Shown one piece after another: positions 16,276 to 24,000 of a stretch of 24,000 bases of DNA (positions are counted from its first letter, which is position 1; each line of letters opens with the position of its first letter). This stretch comes from an uncultured Actinomycetota bacterium (lineage in GTDB: Bacteria > Actinomycetota > Thermoleophilia > Solirubrobacterales > Solirubrobacteraceae): contig CAVYUJ010000008.1 of assembly GCA_963771675.1 (NCBI GenBank), positions 311,855 to 335,854 of the forward strand. The letters are read 5' to 3'. The notes beneath the pieces are model-generated. The model did not search any database and was not told where the DNA came from. It was given only the letters and a program-made list of their open reading frames with translations. The translations under genes and the position numbers were made by a program.

Positions 16276-17531
16276 GCGCTCGCCGCCAGATCGTGCGGCC
16301 CGCTCCGACCCGGCCGTCCACGCGCTGGGCGGAGGGGAGTTGAGAGTGGGGCTTGGTCAGCAGCAGCTGGACGTCGCAGATCCGCCGCTCGGCGAATCCG
16401 GCCTCGCAGTAGGCGAGGTAGAGCGTCCAGAGCCGGCGGAAGCGCTCGTCGTAGCCCGAGCTCCGCGAGCCGTCGGCGTGGGCGCTGAAGTTCGTCGCGC
16501 CAGCGCCGCAGCGTCTCGACGTAGTGGGCGGTGATGTCCTCGAGACCAGCGACCTGCATGTCGGTTCGCCGGGCGACGTCGCGGGTGATGCACCTCGAGC
16601 GAGGGCAGGCACCCGCCCGGGAAGATGTAGGTGTTGATGAACGACTTCGCTGCCTTCTCGACCTCGTAGGCGCGGTCATCGATCGTGATCGCCTGCAGCA
16701 GCATCGCCCCGTCGGGCGCGAGCAGCTCCGAGCACTTGGCGAAGAACGTGCCGAACTGCGCGCCAGCCGACCGCCTCGATCATCTCGATCGAGACGAGCT
16801 TGTCGTAGCGGCCGCGCAGGTCGCGGTAGTCCTCCATCAGCACGGTGACCCGGTCCTCCAGTCCGGCCCGCCGCACCTGCTCGAGCGCGTAGTCGTGCTG
16901 CTCGCGCGAGATCGTCGTCGTGGTGACGTGGCAGCCGCGGGTCGCTGGCGGCGTAGAGCGCGAACGCTCCCCAGCCGGTTCCGATCTCGAGCACGCGATC
17001 CCGCGGACCGAGCTCGAGCGTCTCGCAGATCCGCTCGAGCTTTGCGACCTGAGCCTGCTCGAGCGTCATCCCGTGGTGCTCGAACACCGCGCACGAGTAG
17101 CTCATCGTCGGATCGAGCATCCGCGCGAACAGCTCGTTGCCGAGGTCGTAGTGGGCGGCGATGTCGCGCCGGCGCGCGCCGCCGCGTGGCGCGGACGCAG
17201 CGAGCGCGCGGCGCGCTGCAGCGGCCAGCCGCACCGGCGCCAGCCGCGCGCGAAGGCGGTCGAGGCCGCCGGCGTTGCGCGCCGCGAGCCTGATCACCGC
17301 GACCAGGTCCGGCGAGTCCCACAGGCCCTCGAGCGTACGCCTCCGCCAGTCCGCGGCTGCCGCGCAGCAGCATCGGCCAGACTCGCGAGGAGTGCAGATC
17401 GAACCGTCGCGACCGGGGGCCCGGAGCCGTACGCGTGCCGCTCGCCGTCCTCGACGACGACCAGGCGTGCCGACACTCGATCCGCCGCAGCAGGATCGAC
17501 ACGATCCAGCGGGACGCGCGTCGACGGTCAT
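16272..17531 (-). pseudogene. Cyclopropane-fatty-acyl-phospholipid-synthase-like SAM-dependent methyltransferase, at least 5 frameshifts
   Basis: Family-typical pieces are scattered over three frames: 'RLVVVEDGERHAYGSGPPVATVR', 'LLRGSRGLAEAY', 'LWDSPDLVAVIRL...DIAAHYDLGNELFARMLDPTMSYSCAVFE...VLEIGTGWGAFALYAA', 'TTISREQHDYA..RVTVLMEDYRDLRGRYDKLVSIEMIEAVG', 'LLQAITIDDRAYEVEKAAKSFINTYIFPGGCLPSL', 'DITAHYVETLRRWR', 'RFRRLWTLYLAYCEAGFAERRICDVQLLLTKP'. The stop of one frame overlaps the SDR ATG as ATGA (16272-16275). Confidence 0.85.
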
Positions 17532-18283
17532 GCGCCGACCGCCTTCGGGTGCGGGTGGACGCGGCACGCCGGCGAGCTTCAGCGCCAGCGCGTGCGCGTA
17601 GATCAGCGCCAGCACGCGCACCGTGCGCGAGCGGGTAGCGCGCGGTCATCCGCGCCATCGACGCACGGGTCAGCTCCCGGCGGCGCAGCGACGAGCGTCG
17701 CGTCGAACACGGCGCGTCGCCCGCGCGGCTCGAGTCGATGTGGACCGACAGCGTCCGGCCCGGCGCGGTCGCCCGCGCGTCGTAGCGGTGATCCATGCCC
17801 ATGAACGGCGACACGTGCATCGCCTTCTCGAACTGCGCCGTGAGCACGCCGCCAGTCCGGCGCCGGCCGCAGCACGTAGGCGTGCCGCTCCCCCCAGGGC
17901 GTGTTCGTCACCTCCGCGACCACCGCCTCGCACGCGCTCGCCGGCCGGGTCGAAGCAGTAGTAGAAGCTGACCGGGTTGAAGCAGTGCCCGAACGAGCGC
18001 AGCTGGGTCAGCACGCGGATCGGGCCCGCCGGGCCGCTCGCCGGTCGTGCTCGCTGCACCGCTCGCGCACCGCGCGGTCGAGCGGCACGCGCGGGATCGC
18101 CGAGGTAGTCGCGGCGGCGAAAGCGGACCAGCCCCGGGACGCGGGCGACGAGCCGGCCGCCCAGCAGCCGCGGCAGCTCGTCGAGGTCGATGTAGGCGAG
18201 CGCCAGCCGATGGCGTGAACTCGCGCCGCGGCTCGCGAGCGCCGGTGGCGAATCGTGCCCTCGTAGATGCAGCTCGCGCTCAC
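17532..18283 (-). pseudogene. DUF1365 family protein, multiple frameshifts
   Basis: Pieces: 'SCIYEGTIRHRR', 'LAYIDLDELPRLLGGRLVARVPGLVRFRRRDYLGDP', 'IRVLTQLRSFGHCFNPVSFYYCFD', 'VAEVTNTPWGERHAYVL', 'KAMHVSPFMGMDHRYDARATAPGRTLSVHID', 'RVLALIYAHALALKLAG'. They lie in different frames. The boundaries are approximate. Confidence 0.8.
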
Positions 18284-19534
18284 AGCCGTGCTCCGAAGCG
18301 CTCGGCCGACGCGCAGCGCGCTCGCCACGCCGTCCTCGTGGAACCCCCAGCCCCAGTACGCGCCGCAGAAGTGCGTGCGGTTGCGCCCGTCTGATCTCGT
18401 GCGACCCGCGCCTGCGCCTGCACCCCGCCGTCCGTGTACACCGGATGCGCGTAGGGGATCGTGCGGATGACCCGAGCCGGGATCGATCGCCTCGGTGCGG
18501 TTGAGCGTCACGCAGAACTCGCGCTCGGCGCGCAGCGACTGCAGGCGGTTCATGTGGTAGGTGACCGTGCGTCGCCGCCTTGGGCTCGGCGAGCAGGTGG
18601 TAGTTCCAGCTCGCCCACGCCCGCCGGCGACGGGGCAGCATCCGCGCATCGGTGTGCAGCACGGCCTCGTTGGGCTGATACGGGATCGCGCCGAGGATCT
18701 CGCGCTCGCGGCCGCTGGCGTCGGCCAGCAGCGCCAGCGCCTGGTCCGAATGGGTCGCCAGCACCACCTCGTCGAACCGCTCCGCCTCGCCGCCCGCGCG
18801 GCGTCACCAGGACGTGATCATGATGGCGGGTGACCGCCTGAACCGGGGTGCGCAGCCGCAGCCGGTCGCGAGAACGGAGCCGTCAGCGCCTCGACGTACC
18901 GAGCCGAGCCCCCGCGAATCGTCCGCCAGCGACGGCCGGCCGCGGAACGACAGCATCCCGTGATTGTCGAAGAACTCGGCCAAGAAACGAGCCGGGAAGC
19001 TCCACATCTGCCGCGGCGTCCGCCGACCACACCGCCGAGGCCTGCGGCACGATCAGCCGCTCGATGAACGCATGTGAGAACCGATGCTGCTCCAGCCACT
19101 CGCGCAGCGAGAGCATCGGGCGCACGATCATCGAGCAGCTCACGCGCGGCACGGTTGAACCGCGCCAGGTCGGCGACCATGCGGTGAAACCAGGGGGTGA
19201 CGAGATGTGCTCGTTTGGCGAACAGGGCGTTCGGTGAGCCGCTGCCGTACTCGAAATCGCCGATGCCGTCGCTGACGCTGAAGCTCATCGTCGACGGCTG
19301 CCACGCGACGCCCAGCCGCCGGAGCAGCCGCTCGAAGTTCGGGTAGTTGCGATCGTTGAACACGATGAACCCCGTGTCGACCTCGTGCGTCTCGTCCGCC
19401 GTGTCGACCCGGATCGTGTTCGTGTGACCTCCGGCATACCCGGCTGCCTCGAACACCGTGACCTCGTGCGCCGGGTGCAGCAGATGGGCGACCACCAGTC
19501 CGGAAACACCTGCGCCAACCACAGCGATCTTCAT
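18284..19534 (-). pseudogene. FAD/NAD(P)-binding amine-oxidase-like oxidoreductase, at least 6 frameshifts
   Basis: The N-terminus 'MKIAVVGAGVSGLVVAHLL..VTVFEAAGYAGGHTNT' (GxGxxG) is intact to 'FNRAARELLDD' (shift at about 19115-19125 in 'catcgggcgc'). The following pieces are each in a new frame: 'MLSLREWLEQHRFSHAFIERLIVPQASAVWSAD', 'MWSFPARFLAEFFDNHGMLSFRGRP', 'WRTIRGGSARYVEALTAPF', 'DRLRLRTPVQAVTRHHDHVLVTPRG', 'FDEVVLATHSDQALALL...AIPYQPNEAVLHTDARMLPRRR.AWASWNY', 'TVTYHMNRLQSL..', 'HFCGAYWGWGFHEDG'. Confidence 0.85.
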
Positions 19535-19597
19535 GCCCCACCTACCGCGACGGCGCTAACGACCATACGAATCTCTTGCAACCCGACCACACTCTCT

Positions 19598-19672
19598 ACA
19601 GAACTTCGACAACCTTGTGCCGAGTCTAGCGACATGGCCCTCCTTTTGTCAAGGTTCTGTTCAAGGTTTGTA
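19598..19672 (-). promoter_or_regulatory. Candidate promoter of the 7-gene operon, overlapped by 11-bp-periodic ACA repeats (LitR/CarH-like operator module, copy 3)
   Basis: On the minus strand: ACAAACCTTGA/ACAGAACCTTG/ACAAAAGGAGG, with ACA every 11 nt. TTGACA is at plus 19647-19652, followed by 18 nt and TAGACT at plus 19623-19628. On the opposite strand downstream are ACAGAACTTCG/ACAACCTTGTG (19598-19619). 'AACCTTGACAA' fits the published CarH half-site pattern nAnnTnnACAn. Confidence 0.5.
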
Positions 19673-20840
19673 CCGGCTGTGCGCTCGGGCCCGGATGCCC
19701 GGGCTCTGGCCAATTCGTGGCTGCTCGACCAAGCGGTTGAAGGTGCGGCGGTGCCGCTTCGTGGGAGATGGGTCGCTCGTCCGGAGAACCTGGCGCGAGG
19801 CTCTCGCTGGGGTGACGCGGCGCGCGGGTCTGCTCTGGCAGGCGGGTTGTTGGGGTGGCGTCGTGGTGGTGCTGTCGTAGCGCTCCGGCGTGGGCGTGAG
19901 CGGTCGGATCGCGTCGGGCCTTGATCAGGCTGGCGACGGTGGTCGCCGCGAGCACCGCCGCGATGAGCGCAAGGGACGGTCCGGTGGGTATCTCGGGGAT
20001 GGAGTGATGTTGCTGGTGGGCGAATTCGAGGACGAGCTTGGCGCCGATGAAGGCGAGGATCGCGGCGAGGCCGGTTGAGAGGTAGATGAGCCGGCCCAGC
20101 AGGCCGGAGATCAGGAAGAAGAGGGCGCGCAGGCCGAGCAGCGCGAAGGCGTTGGCGGCGAAGACGATGTAGGCGTGATCGGTGACGCCGAACACGGCGG
20201 GGATCGAGTCGAAGGCGAAGAGGAGGTCGGTAGTGCCGATCGCCAGCAGCGCGAGGAGCAGCGGCGTGAACGCCCGGCGGCCGTGGCGGCGGGTGATGAT
20301 TCGACCGTGGTCGTAGGTGTCGGTGATCGGCAGCTTCCGCCGGGCGGCTGCGACGAGCGCGTTGTCTTCGACGCTCGGGTCGTGGTTACGGTGGCGGTAG
20401 AGCTGGACGGCGGTCGCGAGCAGCGTCAGCCCGAAGATGAGGAACATGAACGAGAAGGTGGCCAGCAGCGCGGCGCCGAGCGCGATGAACACCGCCCGCA
20501 GCGCGAGCGCGATCACGATCCCGATCGTCAGCACCTTGGGCTGCTGCTCGGCCGGGACGGCGAACGCGCCGAGGATGATCACGAACACGAACAGGTTGTC
20601 GACCGACAGGCTCTTCTCGACCAGGTAACCGGCGAAGTACTGGGTGGCGAGATCCCAGCCGGCGATCGCGCCGATCCCGAGGCCGAACAGCACCGCGACC
20701 GCGATGTAGAACAGCGACCAGCGGAGCGCCTCACCAAGCGAAACCCTGCGTGATCGACGGCCGAGCAGCAGCCAATCGAGCGCAAGCAGCCCCGTGATCA
20801 GCGCCAGCGTGAGGACCCAGACCGCAGCGCTGAAATGCAC
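19626..20840 (-). CDS. terC: TerC-family integral membrane protein
   Basis: The TerC core is 'YFAGYLVEKSLSVDNLFVFVIILG..' and '..GTTDLLFAFDSIPAVFGVTDHAYIVFAANAFALLGLRALFF'. The likely GTG start at 20840 is preceded by AAGGGAAG. The track ORF start at 21215 overlaps exoD. The unusually long hydrophilic C-terminal tail (about 90 aa) runs into the promoter module at 19626-19672. Confidence 0.8.
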   Translation of the reverse strand: MHFSAAVWVLTLALITGLLALDWLLLGRRSRRVSLGEALRWSLFYIAVAVLFGLGIGAIAGWDLATQYFAGYLVEKSLSVDNLFVFVIILGAFAVPAEQQPKVLTIGIVIALALRAVFIALGAALLATFSFMFLIFGLTLLATAVQLYRHRNHDPSVEDNALVAAARRKLPITDTYDHGRIITRRHGRRAFTPLLLALLAIGTTDLLFAFDSIPAVFGVTDHAYIVFAANAFALLGLRALFFLISGLLGRLIYLSTGLAAILAFIGAKLVLEFAHQQHHSIPEIPTGPSLALIAAVLAATTVASLIKARRDPTAHAHAGALRQHHHDATPTTRLPEQTRAPRHPSESLAPGSPDERPISHEAAPPHLQPLGRAATNWPEPGHPGPSAQPVQTLNRTLTKGGPCR

Positions 20841-20857
20841 GTCGAGCTTCCCTTGCC

Positions 20858-21547
20858 TCAGAGGATCGAGGAGATGCCGTGGAAGGCGGCGGCCCCGAGC
20901 GCGATCTCGAGCGAAATTCCCACCGTTCCGAGGAGCACCCCGACCAGTGCGATCAAGGCGTCTTCGAGGAGCACGCCTAGCGAGAGCACGACCACGCCCA
21001 GGGCCGGGAGCGTGTCCAGTCCGCTGAACGGTGGGGCGAGGAACGCAGCCGCCGTCCCGACGATCGCCAGCAGGCCGAACACGATGTCGGTGAAACGCCG
21101 GTGAAAGAGGAACCTGAGTCGGGGGCGTGAGTAGCGCTCGAGCCGGCGGATCAGCCGCATCAGGCCGGCGATGAACCGCTGCTGGCGTGGGCCGGCGAGC
21201 TCGAGCGCCCGCCACCGCTCCGGCAGCCAGACCTCATGGCGGCCGGCGATCAGCTCAAGCGCGATCAGTGCCGCGATCAGCTCGAAGACGTGCGTGACGC
21301 CACCGGTCGGCAGCGGCAGGGCGGGCACCCCGAGCAGCAGCACGAGCAGGATCGCAAAGCTCTTGTCGCCGAACGCGTGGACGAGGCTCCCGAGCGTCCT
21401 GTCTCCCTCGCCGGTCAGCCAACGCTCGAGCTGAGCGCTCAGCGCAAGCGGTTCGGCGTGTGCGGTAGCCGGCTTGCTGCGAAGCCTTCGTGTGGGTATG
21501 GGTTGTGCTTTCAAAGTCATTCGACTCCGGGGGGCGACCCCAGGCAC
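20858..21547 (-). CDS. exoD: ExoD-family (exopolysaccharide synthesis) membrane protein
   Basis: 'LGSLVHAFGDKSFAILLVLLLGVPALPLPTGGVTHVFELIA..' and 'GRHEVWLPERW' match the ExoD family pattern. The start could instead be the internal ATG at 21520. Confidence 0.75.
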   Translation of the reverse strand: MPGVAPRSRMTLKAQPIPTRRLRSKPATAHAEPLALSAQLERWLTGEGDRTLGSLVHAFGDKSFAILLVLLLGVPALPLPTGGVTHVFELIAALIALELIAGRHEVWLPERWRALELAGPRQQRFIAGLMRLIRRLERYSRPRLRFLFHRRFTDIVFGLLAIVGTAAAFLAPPFSGLDTLPALGVVVLSLGVLLEDALIALVGVLLGTVGISLEIALGAAAFHGISSIL

Positions 21548-21586
21548 GGCTCGGGGGAGCCGTGCCTGGGCTTGGTGGCGTGCGGG

Positions 21587-22471
21587 TTATGCGGCGAGGG
21601 CGACGACGCGGCCGCCGTCAAGCGCACGCAGCCGCCGGACCCGCTCAGCGATTGGCGGGTGGGTCATGAACAGCGTCGCGAGTCCCTTGCGGGGGAGCGG
21701 GTTGACCGCGTATAGCGACGCCAGCGCGGGATTGACGTTCATCGGGACCGTCTGTGGCCCGCGCTCGAGGCTCTCCAGCGCGTCCGCGAGCGGCGCCGCA
21801 CGGCCGAGCAGCTGCGCGCCGGTCGCGTCGGCCAGGTACTCCCGCTGGCGCGACACGGCGAGCTGCAGCAGCATCGCCGCGATCGGCGCGACGATGATCG
21901 CCCCCAGCGTCCCGATCAGACCGAGCGGCGAGTCCTCCTCGTCAGAGCCGCCGAACAGCATCGAGAACTGAAGGACGGTTGCGATCGCCGAGATCGCCCC
22001 GGCGACCATCGCCGCGATCGAGGAGATCAGGATGTCGTGGTTCTTGATGTGGGCGAACTCGTGCGCGAGCACGCCCTTGACCTGATCGGCCGGGAGCTGC
22101 TCGAGCAGCCCCTCGGTCACCGCGACCGCCGCGTGCTGCGGGTTGCGGCCGGTCGCGAACGCGTTCGGCTGCTCGGACGGGATCAGATAGAGCCGCGGCA
22201 CCGGCACGCCGGCGCGGTGCGCGAGGTCCTCGACCACCTGCTGAAGCCAGACCGCCTGATCGGGCTCGAGCGGCTTGGCCCGGCTGGCCGCCAGCGCGAT
22301 CCGGTCAGAGAACCAGTAGCCAACCAGGTTCATCCCAACCGCCAGGATCACGAACAGGTACAGGGCACCGCCGCCGATCGCGGCACCGATCGCGATCAGC
22401 AGACCGGTCAGGGCCGCGATCAGCAGCCAGGTACGGATATGGGTAGCGAAACGGGTCGCTGTGATGCTCAT
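21587..22471 (-). CDS. htpX: M48-family zinc metalloprotease HtpX
   Basis: 'NAFATGRNPQHAAVAVTEGLL', HExxH 'HEFAHIKNHD', and 'REYLADATGAQL..' with C-terminal 'THPPIAERVRRL'. The start at 22471 (MSITATRFAT..) is preceded by GAAAGGAG. The 131-codon upstream extension in the track ORF covers the conserved leader and is not credible as coding. Confidence 0.9.
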   Translation of the reverse strand: MSITATRFATHIRTWLLIAALTGLLIAIGAAIGGGALYLFVILAVGMNLVGYWFSDRIALAASRAKPLEPDQAVWLQQVVEDLAHRAGVPVPRLYLIPSEQPNAFATGRNPQHAAVAVTEGLLEQLPADQVKGVLAHEFAHIKNHDILISSIAAMVAGAISAIATVLQFSMLFGGSDEEDSPLGLIGTLGAIIVAPIAAMLLQLAVSRQREYLADATGAQLLGRAAPLADALESLERGPQTVPMNVNPALASLYAVNPLPRKGLATLFMTHPPIAERVRRLRALDGGRVVALAA

Positions 22472-22623
22472 GGTCTCGAGTCTCCTTTCGACTGAGCGCC
22501 GTTGAATATGACGTTCAGCCGAAGGTTTCTCCCGCCCCACATGGGGCCGGCGCGCCCGGGCCCGTAGGCCGTACTGACGAGCAACGCCCGTTCGGGGATA
22601 CTGCCCCCCGGCACACATCAGAG
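22472..22623 (-). promoter_or_regulatory. Conserved structured 5' leader of htpX (copy B of the ftsH/htpX leader)
   Basis: It aligns with 9040-9187 and has the same SD context (CGCUCAGUCGAAAGGAGACUCGAGA). Block GUGCCGGGGGGCAGUAUCCCCGAACGGGCGU(U/C)GCUCGUCAGUACGGCC is identical except for 1 nt. The differences concentrate in hairpin loops. Confidence 0.6.
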
Positions 22624-23001
22624 TACCGCGCGCTGTCCCGATCACCCCCTGGCGCGCGGGATTCAGAGCGAATTCTTCGAAACGGCGACAATGCACCGAC
22701 GGGCTCTCGCGACCCGCGGGAGCTGCTCTCGCTATCGCCTTCGCGGGTCCGACTCTGTAGCGGAGCGCCTCATCTCGGTCCGCGAGCACCTCGATCGACC
22801 AGCCGTCCTGCGCGAACGCCGCCCGCAGACAGGCATCGAGCGTCAGCGCATTACGGTGCCGCATCCACTCTGGTGCCGCATCGGAGGGTGGTGCGATGCT
22901 TGGAGCATGACAGAGGACGTGTCGGCGAGTGGCACGGCGCAGGGAGCGCTCGGCGATGATGAGATGCCGCCTGCATGTGGCCGCCGGAGGGAGGCGTCAG
23001 G

Positions 23002-24000
23002 ATGACGGCCGTGCTGCTTGCCGGCATGCTCGTGTTGATCTTCGTCAACGCGTTCTTCGTGGCGGCCGAGTTCTCGCTCGTTCGCGCCCGCCGCACTCGC
23101 CTGGAGCGGGTCGCGGACGGTGACCCGCGGGCGCGGCTTGCGCTGCGTGAAATCGCCGAGATCACCGAGTACCTCTCGGCGTGCCAGCTCGGGGTGACGT
23201 TCGCCTCGATCGGGATCGGGTTCCTGGGCGAGCCGGCGGTAGCCGAGCTGATCCACCCGTGGCTGCACGGGGCGCTCTCGCACGGGCTGGCGCTGGCGAT
23301 CAGCCTGACGATCGCGTATGTCCTGACGACTGCCTTGCACATCACGATCGGCGAGCAGGTCCCGAAAATCTTCGCGATCTCGCGCGCCGAGGAGATGGCT
23401 CGGAGGGTTGCCCGACCGCTGTACTGGTTCACAAGAGCGTTTCGCCCGTTCGTCGCAGCGCTCAACCACGCCTCCAACGCGGTCCTGCGCCTGATGCGGG
23501 TCGAGCCATCGGTCGTCTTCGAGGAAGGCGGGACGCCCGAGGACCTGAAACTGCTGATCACGCAGTCGCTCGAGGGCGGTCAGCTCGCGCCCGACGAGGC
23601 GCTGATGCTCTCAGGTGTGTTCGAGCTGCACGAGCTCCAGGCTCGCCAGGTGATGACACCCACACCGCACCTGGCGACGGTCGACCTCTCCCAGGACGCC
23701 GAGACGGCGTCCAAGCTCTGCGTCGATTCCGGGCACACGCGGCTGGTCGTGACCGAGGACTTCAGTCCCGACCGAGTCAAGGGCGTACTCCACGCGAACT
23801 CACTTCTGCGACTGATCATCACCGAGGGACCGAACGCGAGCATCGCCGGCGTCGTGCGCGACGCGCTGATTGTGCCCGAGTCAAAGCCGCTCGACGTGCT
23901 GTTGGCCGAGTTGCGACGAACCCGCAACTCGATCGCGGTGATCGTGGATGAGTACGGACGCACCGCCGGGATCGTTGCGATCGAAGACATCGTGGAGGAA
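23002..24000 (+). CDS. CNNM/TlyC-family membrane protein (DUF21 transmembrane domain plus CBS pair), 3'-truncated by the window end
   Basis: My own translation from the ATG at 23002 (GGAGGGAGG upstream): 'MTAVLLAGMLVLIFVNAFFVAAEFSLVRARRTRLE...LSACQLGVTFASIGIGFLGEP...' is the DUF21 domain. 'LSGVFELHELQARQVMTPT' and '...RNSIAVIVDEYGRTAGIVAIEDIVEE' form the CBS pair. The frame is open to the window end, so it is missing from the track. Confidence 0.85.
   Translation, partial: MTAVLLAGMLVLIFVNAFFVAAEFSLVRARRTRLERVADGDPRARLALREIAEITEYLSACQLGVTFASIGIGFLGEPAVAELIHPWLHGALSHGLALAISLTIAYVLTTALHITIGEQVPKIFAISRAEEMARRVARPLYWFTRAFRPFVAALNHASNAVLRLMRVEPSVVFEEGGTPEDLKLLITQSLEGGQLAPDEALMLSGVFELHELQARQVMTPTPHLATVDLSQDAETASKLCVDSGHTRLVVTEDFSPDRVKGVLHANSLLRLIITEGPNASIAGVVRDALIVPESKPLDVLLAELRRTRNSIAVIVDEYGRTAGIVAIEDIVEE

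Noticed and set aside
19626-19900. The unusually long hydrophilic C-terminal tail of TerC, plus a GCCCGG-ATGC-CCGGGC hairpin at about 19683-19698 inside it, was considered as evidence for a frameshift or an earlier true stop.
   Set aside because: No alternative frame gives a better TerC C-terminus, and TerC homologs often carry variable hydrophilic tails. It is left as annotated, with the caveat that the last ~90 codons are uncertain.
22620-22864. The N-terminal 131-codon extension of the htpX ORF was considered ('MRHRNALTLDACLRAAFAQDGWSIEVLADRDEALRYRVG...'), either as a fused domain or as a separate small gene.
   Set aside because: The extension runs through the nucleotide-conserved leader shared with ftsH, and a strong SD plus ATG sits at 22471. 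The first ~80 codons have no recognisable family, RBS or independent stop. A short real ORF at 22700-22864 cannot be fully excluded.

Overview
High-GC (roughly 68-70%) bacterial window, Actinomycetota-like in gene content and codon style, and almost entirely minus-strand coding. From left to right: (1) A decayed integrative-element remnant at 24-2709, made up of a DUF6883/DUF4926 pair, a frameshifted tyrosine integrase, an Xis-like HTH and a second HTH. (2) An ORF-poor, hairpin-rich stretch of about 1 kb (2710-3690). (3) An operon of small secreted and membrane proteins ending in a fasciclin lipoprotein (3696-4888). (4) ftsH-htrA (5727-9039). (5) A HELIORHODOPSIN gene (10026-10808), separated by 7 nt from an orphan, atypical REC-LuxR response regulator (9272-10018). 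It sits downstream of a second fasciclin gene and next to a divergent MerR/B12-binding LitR/CarH-type photoreceptor regulator (11481-12347). (6) A seven-gene minus-strand operon (12951-19534): amine oxidase, DUF1365, CFA-synthase-like, SDR, SRPBCC, NmrA-like and DUF427. This is the gene set typical of light/singlet-oxygen lipid-modification clusters. Six of the seven genes are riddled with +/-1 frameshifts, while all neighbouring genes are intact. (7) htpX-exoD-terC (19626-22471). (8) The 5' part of a CNNM/TlyC-type DUF21-CBS gene (23002->24000). Three signals are not explained by the ORFs. (a) A conserved structured leader of about 150-180 nt, including the first ~9 codons, occurs upstream of both ftsH and htpX. 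(b) A promoter/operator module built from 11-bp-periodic ACA repeats around TTGACA occurs three times, in front of both fasciclin operons (one copy shared with divergent litR) and in front of the decayed lipid operon. (c) The 3' end of litR is duplicated on both sides of a membrane-protein gene. My top candidate for a new system is the light-sensing locus: heliorhodopsin plus orphan response regulator, nested inside an apparent LitR/B12 regulon. All calls rest on reading the sequence and on remembered family signatures. No database search was run.
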